Assembly: GCA_038211765.1 (NCBI GenBank)
Contig: JBBQVG010000001.1
Coordinates: forward strand, 1,837-65,836
Direction: 5' to 3'
Length of the DNA: 64,000 bases
Source: Minisyncoccia bacterium
Lineage (GTDB): Bacteria; Patescibacteriota; Minisyncoccia; Phycocordibacterales; PALSA-1337
Below, piece by piece: positions 47,751-57,267 of this stretch. Each line of letters starts with the position of its first letter. The stretch's first letter is position 1. The notes beneath the pieces are model-generated. The model did no database searches. It had not been told where the DNA came from and worked only from the letters and a program-made list of their open reading frames with translations. Made by a program: the position numbers and the translations under genes.

Positions 47751-49296
47751 AGGTATTGGTCTTATTCACCAGTGTTCTCTCCTGATTGAATAGGGCTTTA
47801 TCATAGCCAAATTGTAGGAAATATTTGAAGTAATAGACTTCTTCCTTCGTCTCCAAATTCCAATCCCCGTATTTTGTTTTATACTCCTCAAGTTCAGTAA
47901 CAGAAACCTCTTTAGCCACAAAATCATAGAATAAGCCACCGATCTTTTGGTTTCCCTTATATCCAGCCCCTTCACTCAAGACCACTTTGTCTCGGTTGTA
48001 TATGTATTCAGGTAGCCGGTCCATCATTGCTTTTCGCAGGATGTATTTTGTGATGACTTTTTCACCAACTTTTTTCACCTTAAAATCACTTGAAATCCGC
48101 AGCACATACTCAACGAGATGCTTATCCAAGAAAGGTTCTCGCACCTCCGTAGTAAATGCCATCGATGTCCTATCAACTCTTTGAAGTTGAGTTCTATGTA
48201 AATCAGAAAGAAACTTAATAATTCTTTCTTCTATTTTTTGACTTGATTCAAGCTGAGTAAATTCTGGATATCCAGCAAATATTTCATCTGATCCTTCACC
48301 ACAGAGGATGATTTTAAACCCTTTTTCTGCAGCTGCCAGTGCAATGTAATGAGACAGCGTAACCTGACGAACCATATTTGGCTCGAAACTTTCACTAGTC
48401 CTAATCGCCCAGGGAATATCCTTTACCAACCCTGCTTCAGTCGGAGGAACTTTTACAACATACTTGATCTTATTTTCTTCGCAGTATTTAATTGCTATCT
48501 TTTTGTCGGAAGATTCATCATTACCTACAATAATTGCAGTTACGTCATTGTGGTATTTTGCAGCAGTAGCAAGGACCGCAGTACTATCAATACCACCGCT
48601 CATGTATACTGCAATCGGTAAGTCGGTCTGGACTCGGATTCTTATCGCGTCATCAAATAGTTTTCGGATCTCTTCAGTAGCTTCATTTTCTAGGATTTCA
48701 TAATTTATCTTGGTTGGGATCTTCCAATATTGCGTCAATTTCCCATCCTTCATGTAGTGAGCTGGAGGGAAAAGTTTTACTTCCTTAACCTCATCAAGTT
48801 GTGACAAGGATTTAATCTCTGACCCAAAATAATAAGTTTCCTCATTTTGAGCCCAATAAAGAGGTTTAACGCCCAATAAGTCACGAGCTGCAAAGAAACT
48901 CTTTTGTTCTTTATCAAATATAAAAAAGGCAAACATGCCTATTAACTTCTGAAGTAAATCTGGACCCCATGCCGCATATCCATTTACAAGCACCTCAGTG
49001 TCTGAATCAGTATTAAATTTGTACCCCTTTTTAATAAGCTCTTCCTGAAGATCTTTATAATTATAGATTTCCCCATTAAAGACAATGGAGTATCTGCCAT
49101 CATTTGAGCTGATTGGTTGTTTTGCGTGTTCCCGATCAACAATAGCAAGCCTATTCATTCCCAGAACACAGGTTTCAATCTCCGCACTTTCATCAAAGTA
49201 TTTCCTTTCACCGCGAGATGAAATAGCCGCCAACATCTTTGTTAGCTCCGCCCTATCCTGCTTGTTCTTTCCTATTATGGCTGCTATTCCACACAT
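47740..49296 (-). CDS. asnB: asparagine synthetase (glutamine-hydrolysing) family amidotransferase
   Basis: N-terminal 'MCGIAAI' (Ntn Cys2) and PP-loop 'SGGIDSTAV'. 518 aa. Confidence 0.85.
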   Translation of the reverse strand: MCGIAAIIGKNKQDRAELTKMLAAISSRGERKYFDESAEIETCVLGMNRLAIVDREHAKQPISSNDGRYSIVFNGEIYNYKDLQEELIKKGYKFNTDSDTEVLVNGYAAWGPDLLQKLIGMFAFFIFDKEQKSFFAARDLLGVKPLYWAQNEETYYFGSEIKSLSQLDEVKEVKLFPPAHYMKDGKLTQYWKIPTKINYEILENEATEEIRKLFDDAIRIRVQTDLPIAVYMSGGIDSTAVLATAAKYHNDVTAIIVGNDESSDKKIAIKYCEENKIKYVVKVPPTEAGLVKDIPWAIRTSESFEPNMVRQVTLSHYIALAAAEKGFKIILCGEGSDEIFAGYPEFTQLESSQKIEERIIKFLSDLHRTQLQRVDRTSMAFTTEVREPFLDKHLVEYVLRISSDFKVKKVGEKVITKYILRKAMMDRLPEYIYNRDKVVLSEGAGYKGNQKIGGLFYDFVAKEVSVTELEEYKTKYGDWNLETKEEVYYFKYFLQFGYDKALFNQERTLVNKTNTYVK

Positions 49297-49503
49297 AAGT
49301 TTATTCGGCCTTTTCTGAAGCAGTGTTAGCCTTACCTTGCGACGAGAAAAAGTATTGAATTAGCAACACTTTACCACTTCTTTGCTCTATAGTCGAGATG
49401 TTTCTGTGCGGATCCTTGCACAAACCTGCTTCTCTTTGTGGACCTCTGTTATACACACCCGCCCCAGCACCTTTCTTTGCTATAATAAGAATGAATCTTC
49501 TTC

Positions 49504-50169
49504 ATGGAAACCAAATTCCAAACATCTTTTATACCCAAGAAACCTCTCGTCCCAATCGGGGGCGCTACTCTCCCGCACAAGCATCATAGTACGAGCTTGT
49601 TTATGACCATCGGAGTGTTTGTTTTTCTTGCATCTCTTGTTGCTGCTGGTGGGGCATATATGTGGAAGAGTATACTGACATCCTCCCAAGACACATACAA
49701 ACAGGACTTAGCTTTGCGTGAACAAAAATTCAACGTTGACGATATCGAAAAGCTCAAGCGAGCAAATGTTCGTATTGACCTTACTTCACGGTTGCTTGCA
49801 AATCACCTTGCCGCATCGCAAATCTTCGATATAGTTTCTCGTTTTACCGTCAGTAATGTTCGCTTCATCAATCTTTCATTATCAAATTCCGCTACCACTC
49901 CTGGCGAGGGAGTGCGACTGGAACTAAAGGGATACGGTAGCAACCTCTCGGCGGTGGCCTTCCAGGCAAAAGTATTTGCACAGCTCGAGCAGTATGGATT
50001 GCGCAAGATAGTAAAAAATCCCATTCTTTCCGATCCTACTACAGATACGAACGGAAAAGAGTCTTTCGGATTTTCGGCTGTTATCGATCCGGCAGCTATA
50101 GGTTATACCCGTTCTGTCCGCGGTGAGTCACCGGCTTCTTCTACGTCAACAACTAATACAAACCCATGA
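49504..50169 (+). CDS. pilN: PilN-like pilus assembly protein (N-terminal TM + coiled coil)
   Basis: TM 'LFMTIGVFVFLASLVAAGGAYMW' then a coiled coil. Position between pilM and pilO. Overlaps the next gene start (ATGA). Confidence 0.55.
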   Translation: METKFQTSFIPKKPLVPIGGATLPHKHHSTSLFMTIGVFVFLASLVAAGGAYMWKSILTSSQDTYKQDLALREQKFNVDDIEKLKRANVRIDLTSRLLANHLAASQIFDIVSRFTVSNVRFINLSLSNSATTPGEGVRLELKGYGSNLSAVAFQAKVFAQLEQYGLRKIVKNPILSDPTTDTNGKESFGFSAVIDPAAIGYTRSVRGESPASSTSTTNTNP

Positions 50170-50765
50170 ATCGTAACGCCACCGCTACAATCCTAATTGT
50201 CCTCGCCATCGGTATCTATTTTACCTTTACCAAAGGGATGATCGATCAGGCCAAGGCTGTTCAGGTTGTCAATGCGCAGTATTCCAGTGCTATCGCAAAC
50301 GCTGAACAGCTCATCCGCGTGCGTGATAAGGTTCTCAAAGCTTATGGTGATATCGGAGACACAGACAAAGAGCGACTCGAGAAGATGATCCCTGACACCA
50401 TCGATAACATCCGACTGATCATCGACCTCAAGGGTGTAGGGTTGCGCCATGGAATGATACTAAACGGCATCAAGGCAACTGCTACTGGCAGTGCTGGTGG
50501 TGCCAAACCAGTCATTGTCACGACTCAGCCCCCTGTTGGTCGTGCGGGAACCATGACCCCCGTGTCATCCATCGCTACACCCACTCTCGATAACGTCACA
50601 GTAAGTTTCGATGTCACGGCACCCTATCTGGAGTTCATCAGTTTTTTGCAGGATCTGGAGGCCAACCTCAGGATCATGGACATCTCTCGTCTAACCATGA
50701 CAGCTGACGATACGGGACAGTATCATTTTGGAGTCGAGCTCAAGACCTATTGGTTGCGTCAATAA
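50166..50765 (+). CDS. pilO: PilO-like pilus assembly protein
   Basis: TM 'ATILIVLAIGIYFTF' + coiled coil + C-terminal domain. Operon context. Confidence 0.5.
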   Translation: MNRNATATILIVLAIGIYFTFTKGMIDQAKAVQVVNAQYSSAIANAEQLIRVRDKVLKAYGDIGDTDKERLEKMIPDTIDNIRLIIDLKGVGLRHGMILNGIKATATGSAGGAKPVIVTTQPPVGRAGTMTPVSSIATPTLDNVTVSFDVTAPYLEFISFLQDLEANLRIMDISRLTMTADDTGQYHFGVELKTYWLRQ

Positions 50766-50775
50766 TCCATACACT

Positions 50776-51129
50776 ATGAAAAAATCAACCATTCTCATCA
50801 TCATAGTCGTCGTACTCATCGCAGGAGCAGTTTATTTCTTTTTCATGGGCAACCAGACTCCTAGTGATGTGGGAACACTTGCAGTCCAAAACAATCCCGA
50901 AATTCAAGCCAGTGCCGCCAGGGTCTTGACCCTCCTCAACCAGGTCAGATCGCTCAAGATCGATACCGATCTATTTGAGAGTCAGGAGTACAAGACGCTC
51001 CGTGACTATTCCGTCCCCATCCCTCCTCTCGAAGTCGGCCGTCTCAATCCGTTTGCTCCTTTGCCTGGTACAATAGTCACACCGACACCTTCGACAACGC
51101 CTCGCCCGACTGCTACACCGCGAAGGTAA
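50776..51129 (+). CDS. small single-TM protein, possible PilP-like component
   Basis: 'MKKSTILIIIVVVLIAGAVYFFF', Pro/Thr-rich C-terminus. Operon context only. Confidence 0.35.
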   Translation: MKKSTILIIIVVVLIAGAVYFFFMGNQTPSDVGTLAVQNNPEIQASAARVLTLLNQVRSLKIDTDLFESQEYKTLRDYSVPIPPLEVGRLNPFAPLPGTIVTPTPSTTPRPTATPRR

Positions 51130-51186
51130 AGGGGTTTGCGCAGGTCCGCTAAGGGCGATCGAGTGCTGAGTAATAATATATCCCAT

Positions 51187-52911
51187 ATGAGCGTCCTAGA
51201 CATCCTCGTAAAAAAGAAATTGATCACTGTCACAGATCTCCGCGAAATCCAAAAACAGATTGCGGATGGTGTTACTACTGACGAAGCCCTGATCGGACGC
51301 GGGGTCAAGCCTGAGGAGATCATTGCCGCTCGGGGTGAATTTCTCAATATCCCGGTACGAGAAGTGGTCGACGGAGGTATTCCGTTCGAAGTGCTGGACT
51401 ATATTCCGGAAGAATCAGCAGTGCATTATAGATTTGTGCCCATAGGACTCAAAGACGGAACTTTGGAGGTGGGTCTTGTAGATCCTGACAATATGGAGGC
51501 ACGAGACGCTCTGACCTTTCTTGCAGCAAAAAAGAATATTCCTTACAAGGTCTACCTTATTTCGCTTGATGATTTCAGCAAAGTGCTCGAGACATACAAG
51601 GGTATTACCGGAGAAGTTTCCAAGGCTTTGACAGAACTCGAAACTGAACTTTCGATCGAGTCCACCAATGTTCCAAAGAAAGAAGAGCCTGGTGCACAAT
51701 CCGGGGCTTCTGCAGAGGAAACTGTCATTATCGAAGATGCGCCTGTGGTAAAGATCGTAGCTACGATCGTCCGCTATGCTGTAGAAGGGGAAGCCTCCGA
51801 CGTGCATATAGAACATATGCGCGACAAAGTCCGCGTGCGATTCCGTGTGGACGGCATACTGAACACCAGTCTAGTATTACCGCCACAGGTACACTCTGCC
51901 GCTGTAGCCCGCATCAAAGTGCTTTCCAATATGCGCTTGGACGAAAAGCGCAAACCGCAGGACGGTCGCTTCTCTGCACGCATAGATGGACGACGTATCG
52001 ACTTCCGTGTCTCTACATTCCCAGCTTATTACGGTGAAAAGGTCGTGATGCGTATCCTTGACCAAGCCAAAGGCATCCGCAAACTCGACGACGTCGGTCT
52101 CTCTACGCGCAACCTTGAGATGTTGCGTGAAGCTATCAACCGACCGTATGGCATGATCCTTGTGACTGGTCCTACTGGTTCAGGGAAATCTACCACACTC
52201 TACTCTCTCTTGAATGAGATCGACCGTGAAAGTTATAACGTGCTCTCACTCGAAGACCCAGTGGAATACACTATCGAAGGAGTCAGCCAATCCCAAGTCC
52301 GACCTGAGATCGACTATACCTTTGCGGCTGGTCTGCGTACTACCTTGCGCCAAGACCCTGACATCATCATGGTGGGAGAGATCCGCGACAAGGAGACGGC
52401 GCAACTTGCGGTGCAGGCCGCTCTTACTGGTCACTTGGTTTTTTCCACGCTCCACACCAATAACGCTGCAGGTGTGATTCCACGCCTTGTGGACATGGGA
52501 GTGGATCCGTATCTTATTGCACCGACACTTATCCTCGCCGTCGGTCAACGTCTAGTTGGTGTGCTGTGTCCTGGAAGTGGGGAAGCGGTCAAGGTCGAGG
52601 GCAGTACCAAGGCTATGATCGACCGACAGTTCGAAGACCTTCCACTCGAATTCAAAAAGGATCTCAAGTTTTCTGATACGGTTTACAAGATACAACCTAC
52701 ACCAGAATGTCCGAAAGGGACGCGTGGTCGTATGGCTGTATTCGAGATGTTCAAGATGGATTCAGATATCGAAAAGGTTATTCTTGAAAATCCTACAGAG
52801 AGTGCCGTCCTCGAGTCTGTGCGCAAGAAAGGGATGATTACCATCAGAGAGGATGCGATCCTCAAGGCATTTCAGAAGCTTATTCCATTCGAGGAAGTAA
52901 ATAAGTTATAA
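51187..52911 (+). CDS. pilB: type IV pilus assembly ATPase PilB (GspE family)
   Basis: Walker A 'VTGPTGSGKSTTLYS', Asp box, Walker B 'IMVGEIRD', His box 'LVFSTLHTN', tetracysteine 'CPGSGE...CPKGTRGRM'. N-terminal GspE_N domain. Confidence 0.9.
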   Translation: MSVLDILVKKKLITVTDLREIQKQIADGVTTDEALIGRGVKPEEIIAARGEFLNIPVREVVDGGIPFEVLDYIPEESAVHYRFVPIGLKDGTLEVGLVDPDNMEARDALTFLAAKKNIPYKVYLISLDDFSKVLETYKGITGEVSKALTELETELSIESTNVPKKEEPGAQSGASAEETVIIEDAPVVKIVATIVRYAVEGEASDVHIEHMRDKVRVRFRVDGILNTSLVLPPQVHSAAVARIKVLSNMRLDEKRKPQDGRFSARIDGRRIDFRVSTFPAYYGEKVVMRILDQAKGIRKLDDVGLSTRNLEMLREAINRPYGMILVTGPTGSGKSTTLYSLLNEIDRESYNVLSLEDPVEYTIEGVSQSQVRPEIDYTFAAGLRTTLRQDPDIIMVGEIRDKETAQLAVQAALTGHLVFSTLHTNNAAGVIPRLVDMGVDPYLIAPTLILAVGQRLVGVLCPGSGEAVKVEGSTKAMIDRQFEDLPLEFKKDLKFSDTVYKIQPTPECPKGTRGRMAVFEMFKMDSDIEKVILENPTESAVLESVRKKGMITIREDAILKAFQKLIPFEEVNKL

Positions 52912-52920
52912 AAGAATAAA

Positions 52921-52952
52921 ATCAGCCCAGTAGGTGATCCTGCTGGATCAGG
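52921..52952. repeat. copy of TCACCTACTGGG repeat family after pilB (palindrome TGATCC-tgc-TGGATCA)
   Basis: 'atcagcccagtaggtgatcctgctggatcagg'. Confidence 0.55.
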
Positions 52953-52984
52953 AATTAGAATTAGGGAAATGATATACTAAAGAT

Positions 52985-53416
52985 ATGAATGACCAACCTA
53001 CTCAACAACCCGCAACCTCGACAGTCACTCCGAACGGCAAAAAAGTCCTCTTTATTGATGACGATACTTTTCTTCTAGATATGTATGCAGTCAAATTTAC
53101 AAAGGGAGGCTACGAAGTCAAAACGGCAGATTCGCCCGTTGCTGGGCTCAAACTCATTCAGGGCGGTTTTGTTCCTGACATCATCCTTGCAGACATTGTC
53201 ATGCCAGGGATGGATGGTTTGGAGTTTGTGGCCTCTCTCAAGAGAGAAAAGCTCGCTCCAAATGCGGCCATTATCATGCTTACAAATCAGGGCGCTTCTG
53301 ACGACATTTCCAAAGCAAAAAAGCTGGGAGTCGACGGGTATATCGTGAAAGCCACCACTATACCTTCGGAAGTGCTGGAGTATGTGGAGAAATTATCAGT
53401 AAATAAAGTCCAATAG
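52985..53416 (+). CDS. stand-alone response-regulator receiver (CheY-like) protein
   Basis: 'KKVLFIDDDTFLLDMY', phospho-acceptor context 'ILADIVMPGMDGLEF', 'IMLTNQG', 'DGYIVKA'. Confidence 0.8.
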   Translation: MNDQPTQQPATSTVTPNGKKVLFIDDDTFLLDMYAVKFTKGGYEVKTADSPVAGLKLIQGGFVPDIILADIVMPGMDGLEFVASLKREKLAPNAAIIMLTNQGASDDISKAKKLGVDGYIVKATTIPSEVLEYVEKLSVNKVQ

Positions 53417-53433
53417 ACTTTCGCCTAATACAT

Positions 53434-54546
53434 ATGGACTACAAAAAAGAAATTGAAGATTTGGTAGACATCGCTCTTTCACAGAGCTCGTCAGCCAAAA
53501 CATCTATGAGTGACTTGGTAAAGGTGATGCTCAACTCTGGTGCCTCCGACCTCCACTTTTCTACGGGCGAGCCTCCTATCCTGCGCCTTTCAGGAAACCT
53601 GATCCGCATCAGCAAGAAGCCCAAACTTACCGAAGATGACATCAAAGGTTTCTTGGCTGTTTTTCTTACACCAGAAAGCAAGGTTATCCTAGAAACAAAA
53701 AAGGACGTGGATTTCTCCTACAGCGTCGACCGTGCAAGATTTCGTGGCAACGCCTTTTACCGCAAGGGTACCCTAGCTATTGCCCTGCGTCTCATCCCGC
53801 GTATGGTCGGGACTCTGGCGGAGCTCAACCTTCCCCCTATTCTCGAATCATTCACTAGGAAGCCACAGGGATTTTTCCTAGTAGTCGGTCCTATCGGTCA
53901 GGGCAAATCCACGACATTGGCTTCGCTCATCAACAATATCAATGAGACTCGCACTGAGCATATCTTGACCATCGAAGATCCGATCGAGTATCTCTTTGAA
54001 GCCAAGAAATCCATCATCGACCAGCGTGAAGTGCGCGTGGATACTCCAGATTTCCAGTCTGCACTTATCGCCATGTTCCGCGAGGACATCGATGTTTGTA
54101 TGGTTGGAGAAATGCGCGATATCAATACCATCAGCACCGCCGTGACCGCAGCCGAGACTGGTCACCTGATCTTTTCTACTCTGCATACCAACAACGCCGC
54201 CCAGACTATCAACCGCATCATCGACTCATTCCCTGGTGGTCAGCAGGATCAGATCCGTGTCCAGCTTGCAGGTTCGATGACCGGTATATTTTCTCAGCGT
54301 CTTATTCCGCGTGTCTCTGGAGGCCTTATCCCTGCTTATGAGCTCCTCATCAACAACAGTGCCGTATCCAACCTCATCCGCGAGCGCCGTATCCACGAGA
54401 TCAATACGGTCATCGAGACCAGTTCTCAGGAGGGCATGGTCGACATGAACCGCTCACTTGCAGAGCTCGTTCGTGCAGGGGAAATAAGTGTCGAGAATGC
54501 ATATCTCAATTCTCTCAATCCCAAGACCTTGGAGAGAATGCTGTAG
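53434..54546 (+). CDS. pilT: twitching motility ATPase PilT
   Basis: 'VVGPIGQGKSTTLAS', 'ILTIEDPIEY', 'CMVGEMRD', 'LIFSTLHTNNAAQTINRI'. ~370 aa with no GspE_N domain. Confidence 0.9.
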   Translation: MDYKKEIEDLVDIALSQSSSAKTSMSDLVKVMLNSGASDLHFSTGEPPILRLSGNLIRISKKPKLTEDDIKGFLAVFLTPESKVILETKKDVDFSYSVDRARFRGNAFYRKGTLAIALRLIPRMVGTLAELNLPPILESFTRKPQGFFLVVGPIGQGKSTTLASLINNINETRTEHILTIEDPIEYLFEAKKSIIDQREVRVDTPDFQSALIAMFREDIDVCMVGEMRDINTISTAVTAAETGHLIFSTLHTNNAAQTINRIIDSFPGGQQDQIRVQLAGSMTGIFSQRLIPRVSGGLIPAYELLINNSAVSNLIRERRIHEINTVIETSSQEGMVDMNRSLAELVRAGEISVENAYLNSLNPKTLERML

Positions 54547-54567
54547 AAACGTTATACTTAATTCAAC

Positions 54568-55779
54568 ATGTTATTCAATTACGAAGCTGTAGATGAATCC
54601 GGTGCCAAGAAAAATGGCTCTATCGACGCAGTCAATGTCGACATCGCTATCGCCTCTCTCCAGAGGCGCGGGCTTGTGCTCACATCAGTCAAGGAGGCCG
54701 CGGCCGCGGGCGGGCTTTTGTCCAAAAATATTGCCATCTTCGACCGCGTTTCCAACAAAGACGTGGTTATCCTTTCACGTCAGCTCTCTACACTCTTTGA
54801 GGCCCAAGTCTCTGCTCTACGCATCTTCCGTTTGCTTTCTGCCGAAAGTGAAAATAAAGTTTTGGGCAATAAGCTTGGCGTCATCGCCGACGATCTCCAG
54901 TCCGGAAACTCCATCTCCGCCTCTCTCGCAAAACACCCCAAGATTTTCTCGGATTTCTATGTGAACATGGTCAAGTCCGGAGAAGAGTCAGGCAAACTAA
55001 ATGACACCTTCTTGTATCTTGCAGATTATCTCGACCGTGCATATGAACTCTCATCCAAGGTGAAGGGTGCACTGGTCTATCCGGCCTTCGTTATCATGAC
55101 CTTCATCACAGTTATGATCCTGATGTTTACCATGGTTATTCCCAAGATCAGCGCCATCTTGGTAGAGTCTGGTCAGGATATTCCCGTCTATACGAAGATA
55201 GTCCTTGGTATCAGTAATTTCCTAGTTAGCTACGGTTTTATTCTTCTGGGAGTAGTCATCATCGCTGGTTTCTTTTTTGTGCGCTTCATCCGCACTCCTG
55301 GAGGAGCAGAGGCGTTCGATAGATTCAAGCTAAATATTCCGTATGTCAGCACATTGTTTCGCAAACTCTACCTATCCCGTATGGCGGATAACATGAACAC
55401 TATGCTCATCTCAGGTATTCCCATGGTCCGCGCCCTCGACCTCACCTCTTCTGTCATCAACAACCGTATATACCACAGTATCCTCTTGGATGCTGTCGAA
55501 TCCGTAAAAGGGGGCAAGACTCTTTCGGAGTCCTTCGGCAATTACCCTCATGAAATTCCCGGCATCATGGTTCAGATGGTAAAAGTCGGTGAAGAAACTG
55601 GAGAGCTCGGCAATATCTTGAAGACAGTTGCAAAATTTTACGCCAGAGAAGTTTCTCAAGCAGTCGATTCACTCGTGTCCCTCATCGAACCTCTGATGAT
55701 CGTCTGTTTGGGAGGGGGAGTGGCGGTACTCTTGGCTTCGGTCTTGATACCTATATATAACATTGCTAGTGGGCAGTAA
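54568..55779 (+). CDS. pilC: type IV pilus platform protein PilC (GspF family)
   Basis: 403 aa. Two GspF repeats with TM helices. Confidence 0.9.
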   Translation: MLFNYEAVDESGAKKNGSIDAVNVDIAIASLQRRGLVLTSVKEAAAAGGLLSKNIAIFDRVSNKDVVILSRQLSTLFEAQVSALRIFRLLSAESENKVLGNKLGVIADDLQSGNSISASLAKHPKIFSDFYVNMVKSGEESGKLNDTFLYLADYLDRAYELSSKVKGALVYPAFVIMTFITVMILMFTMVIPKISAILVESGQDIPVYTKIVLGISNFLVSYGFILLGVVIIAGFFFVRFIRTPGGAEAFDRFKLNIPYVSTLFRKLYLSRMADNMNTMLISGIPMVRALDLTSSVINNRIYHSILLDAVESVKGGKTLSESFGNYPHEIPGIMVQMVKVGEETGELGNILKTVAKFYAREVSQAVDSLVSLIEPLMIVCLGGGVAVLLASVLIPIYNIASGQ

Positions 55780-55922
55780 AAGGCAGGGTCTATGTCGACC
55801 CGATCTGCTGATCGCGTTATCCACAGAAACCCAAAATATCTCTTTACAGCTAGTGCTATAATTACCCCAACAAACCTTACGGTTTAGTTATTAATTAAAT
55901 TAATAGTTTAGTAATTCATAAT

Positions 55923-56393
55923 ATGAAAAAGTACACAAAGGGTTTTACCCTCATCGAATTGCTCGTGGTCATCGCTATCATCGGTATTCTTTCGTCAGTT
56001 GTGTTGGTTAGTTTGAATACGGCTCGAAGTAAGGGTGCAGATGCAAAAGTTCAGTCACAAATGTCCTCTATCAGAAGTGCTGCTGAGTTGATCTATGGTA
56101 ATAACAATACTAACTACGGCACAGGCTCAGCTAGCTTGAATTGCGGAACCCTTCTAACAGATACGACTTCAGGAATGGTTAATATCCTGACTGCTACCAA
56201 TTGGCCTAACAGTACCGCCCCAGTATGTAATGCGAAGGCTTCAGCTTCTCCATATGCAGTTACAGGATATGCAATGTGGCATGCCCTTGTTTCGGACACA
56301 ACAAAGTTCGTATGTGTCGACAGCACTGGCGCATTAGTTACCATCAGTGAAGCACCTACAGCAGGAAACAGTTGTGCAAACGGAGCTCTCTAA
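55923..56393 (+). CDS. pilA: type IV pilin (major pilin candidate)
   Basis: Class III signal 'MKKYTKG|FTLIELLVVIAIIGILSSVVLVSL', Glu at +5, C-terminal Cys pair. Confidence 0.85.
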   Translation: MKKYTKGFTLIELLVVIAIIGILSSVVLVSLNTARSKGADAKVQSQMSSIRSAAELIYGNNNTNYGTGSASLNCGTLLTDTTSGMVNILTATNWPNSTAPVCNAKASASPYAVTGYAMWHALVSDTTKFVCVDSTGALVTISEAPTAGNSCANGAL

Positions 56394-56465
56394 TGTAATA
56401 TAATTCCATTATAGGTTCAAAACCACCCACTACCCAGTGGGTGGTTTTGCGTACCACCCCCCACC

Positions 56466-57084
56466 CCCAAGACCTACCCATGCAGGGGTCCCTGCCAGGG
56501 TTGGGCTTGGGGGGCGATGAGCGCCGTCGGTGGCCGATCCTCACCCAGATAATCTTTGTAGCTTGAGTACTCATAGGTCTTGGAATACCGAATCGCTTCT
56601 TCGAGGTGTTCAAGCCTTGCGGATTTCATCATATCCGGCTTTTCGATCCCAAAAGGATTGAGGTGAATATACTGGATCAAATACCTCATATAGTCATCAC
56701 TATTTATATATTTTGACTTGTATTGACCCTGAAAGAGGGTTCCTGAGTGATCGTATTTGCGGTTGTAGTACATTGAATACGCGCAACACAGTTTGTGTAT
56801 GAAGGTGCTTATTCCTTTGTCGGTATTTTCCCTTGCGATGATGTGGAAATGGTTGGGCATCAGACAATAGACCAGAATGCTTACGTAAGGGCTCGTGCGT
56901 TCGCATGAGAAGATTTTTTGGGTATTGAGTTCGTTGAACCGCAAAGGGTTGTTATTGTTGGCAATATAGAGGAGGCACAAAAACCTCCAATAATCCGCCT
57001 CGTCTAGGAATATCGGCGCTTTATGAGCCCCGCGATTGTATATGTGATGATATTCTGACATTTTCTACAAGACCTACCCTTGTA
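56466..57084. mobile_element. RAYT/IS200-like unit with flanking REP-like sequences inserted between the two pilin genes
   Basis: Gene plus flanking CAAGACCTACCC(A/T)TG copies. Sits in the pilA1-pilA2 intergenic space. Confidence 0.55.
56474..57061 (-). CDS. tnpA: IS200/IS605-family Y1 HUH transposase, probably REP-associated (RAYT-like)
   Basis: HUH 'LMPNHFHII', catalytic Tyr region 'RYLIQYIHLNP'. 195 aa. The REP-like core CAAGACCTACCC overlaps its stop (56468-56480) and abuts its start (57067-57084). Confidence 0.7.
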   Translation of the reverse strand: MSEYHHIYNRGAHKAPIFLDEADYWRFLCLLYIANNNNPLRFNELNTQKIFSCERTSPYVSILVYCLMPNHFHIIARENTDKGISTFIHKLCCAYSMYYNRKYDHSGTLFQGQYKSKYINSDDYMRYLIQYIHLNPFGIEKPDMMKSARLEHLEEAIRYSKTYEYSSYKDYLGEDRPPTALIAPQAQPWQGPLHG

Positions 57085-57170
57085 CTCGTAGTCTAGGACA
57101 AGCAGGTTCAATTCCTGATAAAAAAATGTTCAAGAATTGTTCAAAAAATGTTCAATTTTTCTTAAATTCT

Positions 57171-57267
57171 CCACAAGACCTACCCTTGTACTCCACGCAA
57201 TGTGGTACAATCATCATATGAATATTCAAAAGAAATCTTACGAGGGGTGCAAGGGTAGGTCTTGTGG
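57171..57267. repeat. REP inverted pair (REPIN-like) spanning the promoter/-10 box and leader codons of pilin 2
   Basis: 'ccacaagacctacccttg' (57171-57188) ... 58 nt containing 'tacaat' and the ATG ... 'caagggtaggtcttgtgg' (57250-57267). The right arm encodes 'CKGRSCG' of the leader. Confidence 0.65.
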
